Source of the DNA: a bacterium
GTDB lineage: Bacteria > UBA8248
Assembly: GCA_965200245.1 (NCBI GenBank)
Contig: CBDATS010000015.1
Span: 352,001 to 416,000, forward strand
DNA length: 64,000 bases
Direction: 5' to 3'
Below the pieces are notes generated by a model. It saw only the letters and a list, made by a program, of their open reading frames with translations. It did not search any database and had not been told where the DNA came from. Made by a program: the position numbers and the translations under genes. This document shows positions 60,922-64,000 of this stretch, one piece after another; position 1 is the first letter of the stretch, and each line of letters opens with the position of its first letter.

Positions 60922-61812
60922 CTACAAACGCGCTTTCGCTATCTTGTCGTAATCACGATACAACAACGTGAAGTCATTTTCGATCATTCCGCGCTTGACG
61001 GCCTTTTCCAGAAATTCAAGCGTGGCTTCGCCATGTTCGGTATGCGCCCGGTGTTTCTTTCCCATCTTCACAGCCATGCCGACATCCTTGATCATGTTGT
61101 AGATACGCGATTTGCCGTCCCATTTCTCGGACAATATGTGGTTCGGAAAACGGAACTGGCTCGCATAGCTCCGCGCATTCGACACATTGAACACCTCGAT
61201 CATGTCCTCGACCTTGAGGCCCACTCGTTCTGCCAGTTTCCCTCCCTCACACGTCGCCATGAAAATGGAGTGGCAGACCATGTTGTGGATGAGCTTCATG
61301 GCATGACCCGCACCGCTTTCACCGAGATAGAAGAGGTTGTCGGCAATGGGAACAAGGAACCGTTTCGTCCGGCGATAAGCCTTCTCGTCCCCGCCGATCA
61401 TGAGCGTCAGCGTGCCCGCGGCGGCACCTGTAGCACCGCCGCTCATGCCGGCGTCGAGGTAGGCCACGCCCTTTGACTTTGCGCGACGGGCGATCCTGCG
61501 GCTTACGGCAGGATCTGAACTCGTGAAGTCGTAGATCACGAGATTCTTCCTCGCATTTGCCAGAACGCCCGCCCGCCCCTTGAGAGCCTCTTGAATTTCA
61601 GGAGAACCCGGAACCACGAAGATAATAATGCGCGCCTGCCCCGCCATTTCGCCAGGCTCAATGACCTCAACGCCCCGTTTTTTCTCCCAAGGCTTTCTCG
61701 CCTCAGGCACTACGTCCCAGACCATCAGAGGAATCTTGGCTTTGTGGAGATTGGCGGCGACACCGCGCCCCATGTTCCCCAAACCGACTACACCTATTTT
61801 CGCTTGTGCCAT
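60922..61812 (-). CDS. 3-hydroxyisobutyrate dehydrogenase family oxidoreductase
   Basis: GVVGLGNMG, LDAGMSGG, GAGHAMKLIHN. Confidence 0.88.
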   Translation of the reverse strand: MAQAKIGVVGLGNMGRGVAANLHKAKIPLMVWDVVPEARKPWEKKRGVEVIEPGEMAGQARIIIFVVPGSPEIQEALKGRAGVLANARKNLVIYDFTSSDPAVSRRIARRAKSKGVAYLDAGMSGGATGAAAGTLTLMIGGDEKAYRRTKRFLVPIADNLFYLGESGAGHAMKLIHNMVCHSIFMATCEGGKLAERVGLKVEDMIEVFNVSNARSYASQFRFPNHILSEKWDGKSRIYNMIKDVGMAVKMGKKHRAHTEHGEATLEFLEKAVKRGMIENDFTLLYRDYDKIAKARL

Positions 61813-61847
61813 TTCCGGTTTCTCTATCTCCTGTGCCTGCCCGACGA

Positions 61848-63572
61848 CTAGTCCCGGGCCGTAGCGGACGAATATGTCTTGAGCGGATCTGTATCGAACA
61901 GAATCTCGCCGTCTTCTCCGAGTGTAAGGCGCGTTACGAAACTGCAATCCGCCTCGTTCGTCTCGGGGTAATCCAACCGGAAATGTGCCCCCCGGCTCTC
62001 ATTTCTGTTGAGGGCGGCGGTAGCAAGGAGTTTCCCCAACAGCGCAAGGTTCCGTACCGAGAGCGCGCTTTCGAGTTCCTGCCCTTTCGTTTTCTCGGAG
62101 GTGCGCGCGCCGTCATCCAGCCTCATATTCGGAATCTCCTCGTTCTCGATGCGTGCATATTCTTCCAGTGCGTGCCGGCAGCCATCGGCATCCCGTATGG
62201 GCCCCAGTTTCTCGTGCGCGAGCATCCGGCAACGCATGCGGACATCTTTCTGGAGTGGTCCGTCTTCACGCCCGATGAGTGCTTCCAGCCAGGCACGATC
62301 GGCCTCGGGAATATCGCCGAAAACCGGAGGTGCGTCCTGTTCGCTTTCTTTCACTTTTCCGGAGACCGCCCGGCCAGTCCGTCTCCCGTACACCAGAGAA
62401 GCCGAAAGAGCGGAGCCGCCGATACGGTTACCACCATGAATGCCGCCCCCTGTCTCACCTGCAGCCCAAAGGCCCGGCACGCTCGTTCTGCCGTCGACAT
62501 CTATCTCAAGCCCGCCAAGCCATGTATGGCTTCCCGGGGCCACCTCCAGAGGCGTTTTCGCAATATCGATGCCGCGTGAGAGGCAGGTCTTGTACACGTG
62601 GGGGATCTGTTTCTGGATCGTCTCCATGGGAACCTTCGTCGCATCCATGTAGATGCCGCCCGTCAGGCCCGCGCGGCCTGCGTGAATCTCTTTCGCCATG
62701 GCGAGTATTACCTCGCTGCGCGTGCTTTTTTCCGCTGTATCGGGAAAATATCGCTTCAGGAACGCCTCTCCCTCCTGATTCAGGAAAATGGCGCCCGCGT
62801 TGATGAAACCCGTCGGATGCGGAGCGAAACCGAAAAGTTCCTCGGGTGCGCAGCACATGGCCTGAAAATCGATCATCTCGATACCGAGAAGAGAAGCACC
62901 TGCCCGGAATCCCAGCACGTAGCCGTCGCCCGTCACTTGGGGCGGATTGTCGTTCACGTAGAAAAGACCGCTTCCTCCGCCGGTGGCCAGAATTACCTCG
63001 CGCGCGGCGTAGGCCATGAGGCAGCCGCGCGAGTAGTCGACTCCCCACGCGCCGATGACGTGGCCATTTTCCGTAATGAGGTCCACGATGGCCGTATGCG
63101 GGTGCTGGCCGATACGGGCGTCGCTCCTCAACCTCTTCGAGAGCACCTTGGTGGCCATGTTGCCCGTGGTGTCGTGGTGATGCAGGGCGCGGGGATAGGT
63201 GTGGCTCGGGAACATCTTGAGGTCGAGGTCCCCATTATCGTCCGTGATGAATTCCGCTCCCCATTCGCGCAGGTCGTGTACCACGTCGATGATGTCGTGG
63301 ACCCAGGTTTTCGCCAGCTCGGGATCGATGAGTTCGCCGCCGTATCTGAGAATTTCCTGCAGGTGAAGTTCGGGGCTGTCGCCCGGCGCCATCGCCGCTG
63401 CGAAACCACCTCTCGCCACGGTCGTCGTGCCGCTCGTGGCGCGGCCCTTGGTTGCCTGTATCACGCGTACACCCGCCTGCGCACACTCGAAAGCGGCCAT
63501 CGTGCCCGCCGCGCCTCCGCCCACGATCAACACGTCGGTCTCGTGGCGTTCTGTCGCGATGTTCCCTGCCAT
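61848..63572 (-). CDS. SdhA/FrdA/NadB-family flavoprotein (stand-alone)
   Basis: VGGGAAG, LATGG, TGDG, HTWLGG, HGGNRIGG, RNESRGAHFRLDYP. Confidence 0.88.
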   Translation of the reverse strand: MAGNIATERHETDVLIVGGGAAGTMAAFECAQAGVRVIQATKGRATSGTTTVARGGFAAAMAPGDSPELHLQEILRYGGELIDPELAKTWVHDIIDVVHDLREWGAEFITDDNGDLDLKMFPSHTYPRALHHHDTTGNMATKVLSKRLRSDARIGQHPHTAIVDLITENGHVIGAWGVDYSRGCLMAYAAREVILATGGGSGLFYVNDNPPQVTGDGYVLGFRAGASLLGIEMIDFQAMCCAPEELFGFAPHPTGFINAGAIFLNQEGEAFLKRYFPDTAEKSTRSEVILAMAKEIHAGRAGLTGGIYMDATKVPMETIQKQIPHVYKTCLSRGIDIAKTPLEVAPGSHTWLGGLEIDVDGRTSVPGLWAAGETGGGIHGGNRIGGSALSASLVYGRRTGRAVSGKVKESEQDAPPVFGDIPEADRAWLEALIGREDGPLQKDVRMRCRMLAHEKLGPIRDADGCRHALEEYARIENEEIPNMRLDDGARTSEKTKGQELESALSVRNLALLGKLLATAALNRNESRGAHFRLDYPETNEADCSFVTRLTLGEDGEILFDTDPLKTYSSATARD

Positions 63573-63675
63573 CCGAATCGTCCTCTCGTACCGATGATTT
63601 GTGAATATGAAAAACCGGAGGGCATCTTAAAACATTTCAGGAAAAAAGACTCCCTGCGATAGATGGCATGCTGAT

Positions 63676-64000
63676 TTATCCGCCCCGCGCAAGCATTTCG
63701 ATCATCTTGTCGGCACACGCATCTGCGAAGGTCGAATCGTTGATGTGCATATCGAGCGATACGATCTCACCCGCCTTCAGGTGCTCCCGAAGCGATGCAA
63801 CAAAAGCGGCGTCTACCTCCGGTTGACGCCAATAGCCCGCATCGCGCCCTTCCAGATCGTGTGCCTTCCGCTTGGTGTGTTCGCTGTAGCCCCTGTCAGG
63901 AATCAGCACCGAGAAGGGCCCCATGGCCCGGTTCAGCTTTTCCGCCATCAGGACGCCGAGCGCCTCGAATTCCTCCCTGTTGGTGCGCATGAGGAGATTC
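63676..64000 (-). CDS. Tm-1-like / UPF0261 protein, C-terminal part
   Basis: MRT...E....G...AEKLN, VLIP.RG.S, PEVDAAF, HINDSTFA; 5' end lies outside the window. Confidence 0.75.
   Translation of the reverse strand, partial: NLLMRTNREEFEALGVLMAEKLNRAMGPFSVLIPDRGYSEHTKRKAHDLEGRDAGYWRQPEVDAAFVASLREHLKAGEIVSLDMHINDSTFADACADKMIEMLARGG

Noticed and set aside
1-64000. CRISPR arrays, tRNAs, rRNAs, IS elements, prophage genes
   Set aside because: No regularly spaced repeats, cloverleaf signatures, transposase, integrase or phage structural motifs were seen by eye. Short RNAs could have been missed.

Overview
A GC-rich bacterial chromosomal segment, diderm judging by a DcaP-type porin and TRAP/TAXI genes. 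It is densely coding, with no rRNA, tRNA, CRISPR array or transposase recognised. Housekeeping and metabolic blocks: mtaB-DUF62, coxMSDE-like genes, a GlnR-like regulator plus glnA, cutA/meaB/acyl-CoA dehydrogenase, crotonase and thiolase, the ccsA-hemA-hemC-hemD-hemB operon, pyrD/pyrK and plsC. There are also many uncharacterised catabolic and transport genes (SDRs, luciferase-like monooxygenases, VOC proteins, a xanthine-dehydrogenase-family Mo enzyme, ABC and TRAP transporters, FdrA, an amidase, UbiX and an SdhA-like flavoprotein). Two genes that the ORF track truncates have an in-frame TGA exactly at the catalytic Cys position, each followed by a SECIS-like hairpin. They are probable selenoproteins: a UPWC DsbA/FrnE-like oxidoreductase (330-989) and a two-domain rhodanese (45549-46385) lying between an SDR and a sulfonate/nitrate-type ABC transporter. 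An AT-richer, decaying defence island (about 18250-25410) holds a methyltransferase-HNH relic, pseudogenised sbcDC and a DarT/NADAR toxin-antitoxin pair. An orphan NHLP-leader (proteusin-type) RiPP precursor with a 7-residue core is also present. Several independent pseudogenes suggest ongoing genome erosion. All family assignments come from motif recognition by eye, not database searches.
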